Origin: Felis catus
Lineage: Eukaryota
Direction of reading: 5' to 3'
DNA length: 64,000 bases
NCBI RefSeq assembly: GCF_018350175.1
Contig: NC_058368.1
Location: 71,302,001 to 71,366,000, forward strand
Part shown: one piece after another, positions 60,766 through 64,000 of the stretch
Layout of the letters: each line of letters starts with the position of its first letter
Numbering within the stretch: the first letter of the stretch is position 1
The notes under the pieces: generated by a model
The model's input: only the letters and a program-made list of their open reading frames with translations
What the model was told of the DNA's origin: nothing
Databases searched by the model: none
Translations under genes and position numbers: made by a program

Positions 60766-61734
60766 ACAACAACGACAACAACAAAAAGAATATCTACAGA
60801 GGATCAGTAAGGAAATACAGATCTTGAACAACACTATAAACCAATTAGGCCTTATATATATAGAATACTTTGCACAACATTAGAAAAATACACATTTTCC
60901 TCAAATATTTATTAGAAGGCATGAAGGACTGAATGATTGGGTTATAAAGCATTTTTAAGGAAAGGATAAAATAATGTCAAACCAAACAGTATCTCATAAA
61001 GTGTGTTCTTTGTCCTGCAGTGTTCTCAGGACTTATTTCAATATGGAAATATCTCCTTGCCGCTTTTATTGAAGTATATTGATGGATTGCTTTTCTCTTA
61101 AAATAGCATGGGATTCCCTGCATTAAACAGATTCTATTTATCTTTGCAAATGGTTGTTTTATGTTCATTTAGTTACTGTTTTGTAATAAAGTTGAACATG
61201 TGAGTCAGTTTTCCTTGCATTTCTAGTACTTAAGACAATGCTTATCACATAGTATATATTCAGCAAGTGGTTATTCAGTGAATGAATACAAATAGAAATG
61301 TGTATATCAGTATACAAATTAAGTAGTCATACATTAAATTTTTTTTCACAATATTTATAGACCATATTTTGACAGAGATTTTCTCACTTCCTCCCCCCCT
61401 TTCCTAATCTTGAATTTTGTAATGGAGATACCTGGGAAGAACTGGAACATTAAGTAAACCATGATAAAGTCTCAGCAAGTAGATAATTAAAAAGTAATCT
61501 AAGATTATTCAAGTAAATTTAGTATGTGCTTGTTAACAACTATTCATCAATTCTCAAAGGCTGTCCTTGGATTCATTAGGCTGGGATAATGGCAGTTTTA
61601 GGAATCTAAGATTCAGATGTATGAGATTATGTGACTGATCCTTATTGCCTTCTCACTTCTCTCTGATGGTGACATCTTATGTTCTTAGCAAGATAGGCTC
61701 TCCCGTGTGTGTGTGCGTGCATGTGTGTGTGGTT

Positions 61735-61845
61735 TTTCTTTAAGATTTTTATTCTAAGTAATTTCTACACCCAATGTGGGGCTTGAACTTACAACCCCTA
61801 GATGAAGAGCTGCACGTTCTACCGACAGAGCCAGCCAGGTGCCCC
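61735..61845 (-). mobile_element. Older carnivore SINE
   Basis: aagtaatttctacacccaatgtggggcttgaac...gagccagccaggtgcccc. Confidence 0.8.
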
Positions 61846-64000
61846 CTTCCATTGGTTTCTTTTTGATATTAGTCTTCAGACTGCCATGGCCTCTGGCTCT
61901 GGTTAGTGGGGAGGAGCTGTGGTCTTGCTTTCTTCTCTGCTCTGGTTCTTTTCCCCTGTCTGTACCTCCCATCTTCCTTTTGACATATCATTACATAAAA
62001 AGTTGCTTGTGGTTTTTTTTTTTTTTTTAACATAAGAACAAATTGTGTTAAGAGGGATAAAAATACTTGGCAAATCCCCAAATCTTTTATTTCCTCTATT
62101 TCATGCTGTTTATTTCACACATGGTATACGGCTGTGTGGTTGAAGATATATTGAAGAAACCTTTGAAGAACTATTACAGTTTGTATACCTTCTTTTCAAT
62201 CTCACATTCTGTTAATTTATTTTCCAAATAGGTCCACAGTAGAAGATATGATTAATATGCTAAGGAGATTTAATAAGAAATGCCTAAGGAAAAAGTTAGG
62301 TTGAAGAGAATGGTGTTCTTTGTGAAATCCATTAAAAAGTGAGGATTTTTTACCTTGCTCTTTTCCCGTCATTGAAATAATGTGGTCATTCGAAGTCAGA
62401 ATGATAATCCCTGGGAGATGGGGGAATGAGAGTCCTATGTCCCCTTTCTTCATTTCCCACTGTCACTTAGGGTACTTCTATTTTCTTTTATTACTCCAAC
62501 ATACATGTTTTGGTTTTAGCGTGATTTCACAAGTTCTCACTGTGTATTTTTTCCATATTCTTTCCCATTGCCTCTCTTTTGGTTTTCTCAGTTCTTCCTC
62601 ATCTTTTGTTTTTCTTGCATACCTTTTCTTTTTTCTGTTCTTCTGTTACACAAGAGGCTGTGTATAATGTTCCAACGGTAATGTGAAAACATTGAGCCTT
62701 TGGTTTTTGTTTGGAAACTTGCTGTGTGTGAATCCCTTTTGCTCTAATCTATCAATACATTAAATGTGCTCTATTTTTGTTCCTAGAGCAGAGCTAGGGA
62801 TCTAATTTTTTATTTGCCCGAGTAGAGGGAAATAGGTAGACAAGATCAGTTTTTCTAAAAAGGATAATTGCTTTTCCTTGCCAAATCAAAACAAGTCATG
62901 TTATGTTTTGGTTTACTTTAGCTTATAACATGTCTTGATTGTATTTTTGTGTGTGCAGTATTGGTTCATTCTTATTTAAACTAAATATATTTCTGTAGTT
63001 ATTTGTGTTGTGTGTGTATGGCCAATGTAGGAAGGGCAAACCATCCTGTGCTCTTTCCACACTTTTAAAAAATTTTCCATTGGGAAAAATAAAGTGATAA
63101 TAAGGATCACTTACAGTATCTTTTTAGAGAATATATATTATATATCTGCAGTGGTAGTGGAGATATGAGTCATTCATAATTGGACTGTAATACATAACAT
63201 GTTTACATTCCAGTTACTGGATGATGATAAATCCTAGATAGTATTCGATGCAAATATGTATCACCTCAGTCTAAATGTGTTAACCCAAAGCGTATGGCAA
63301 AACTAAGTTGATAATGCTAAAACTATTACTGATTTGGAAAGAAAAGACAGCAATAAGATCAGTAGAAAATGTTATGACCAAGTATACACAACATGAGCAA
63401 TGCATTGATAATGGAATTCATTACCTCAAATTGCTTGAACTTAAACTACCTCTGTTTGTGTATACAATAGGAGCTTTTCAATGTAGCCAAGTGTTGTGTG
63501 ACAGCCACATTCCCCAGCAGATTCTGAATTGTACTTTCTTGGAAAGCTCTAGTAATATGCTGGTTTTTATTCAAGTCCATATAGTTGTCATTAGTTCATA
63601 AGCCCTCTAGTATTCCACATATTTATTGTCTTCTCTTGTGATCTTAAGCAACAAAGACTATTTCTTTGTCCTGTGTGTTTGCTTCCCAGCAGTCATGTTG
63701 TGGGAGCCAGCCTTGTTCTGTGCCAGCCTTGTTCAGGGAATAAGAGGGCTCATGGAAGTTCTGCCATGTGCAGTGTCATGTATCACAGAGGCAGGACGTG
63801 GAGAGGTTTCAGTTTCGATATCAGCAATGAGGCTTTTCCCATGATTCACTGTTCACTATTCTATTTCATTTTGTGGTTTTGCTCTTTGTGCATGATAGTC
63901 ATTATCTCCCAAATCTTGAATTTATCAGCTTCTCTCCATTTCTCGGCTCCTTTTTTTGTTTAAGCTCCTGTCACCTCTTGCTCTGATCACTGTAATAGCC

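Overview
AT-rich mammalian genomic DNA from a felid, judged from dense Can-SINE/SINEC_Fc-type SINEs and felid-type L1 3' ends. The window lies inside the PCCA gene (propionyl-CoA carboxylase alpha chain, + strand). Only two coding exons are present: a 132-nt exon at 34170-34301 ([44 protein letters not shown]) and a 37-nt exon at 54925-54961 (DADEAVRIAREI-G), separated by a 20,623-nt GT-AG intron. The rest is intron. It holds about 45 SINE copies (many with clear target-site duplications), L1/L2/MIR fragments, MaLR LTRs, hAT DNA-transposon relics and a U6 snRNA retropseudogene. Almost all other ORFs in the track are artefacts of SINE/L1 sequence or chance. I found no new gene system. The most interesting unexplained signal is several repeat-free intronic blocks with retained CpGs and clustered developmental TF motifs. 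These may be long-range enhancers, possibly for the ZIC2/ZIC5 locus that neighbours PCCA in human; this is inference and untested. Smaller curiosities are a serial U6+SINE insertion at one L1 site, SINE-in-SINE and L1-in-LTR nests, closely spaced inverted SINE pairs and an unassigned ~230-bp LTR-like island. Repeat family names are by eye, and boundaries of old elements are approximate.
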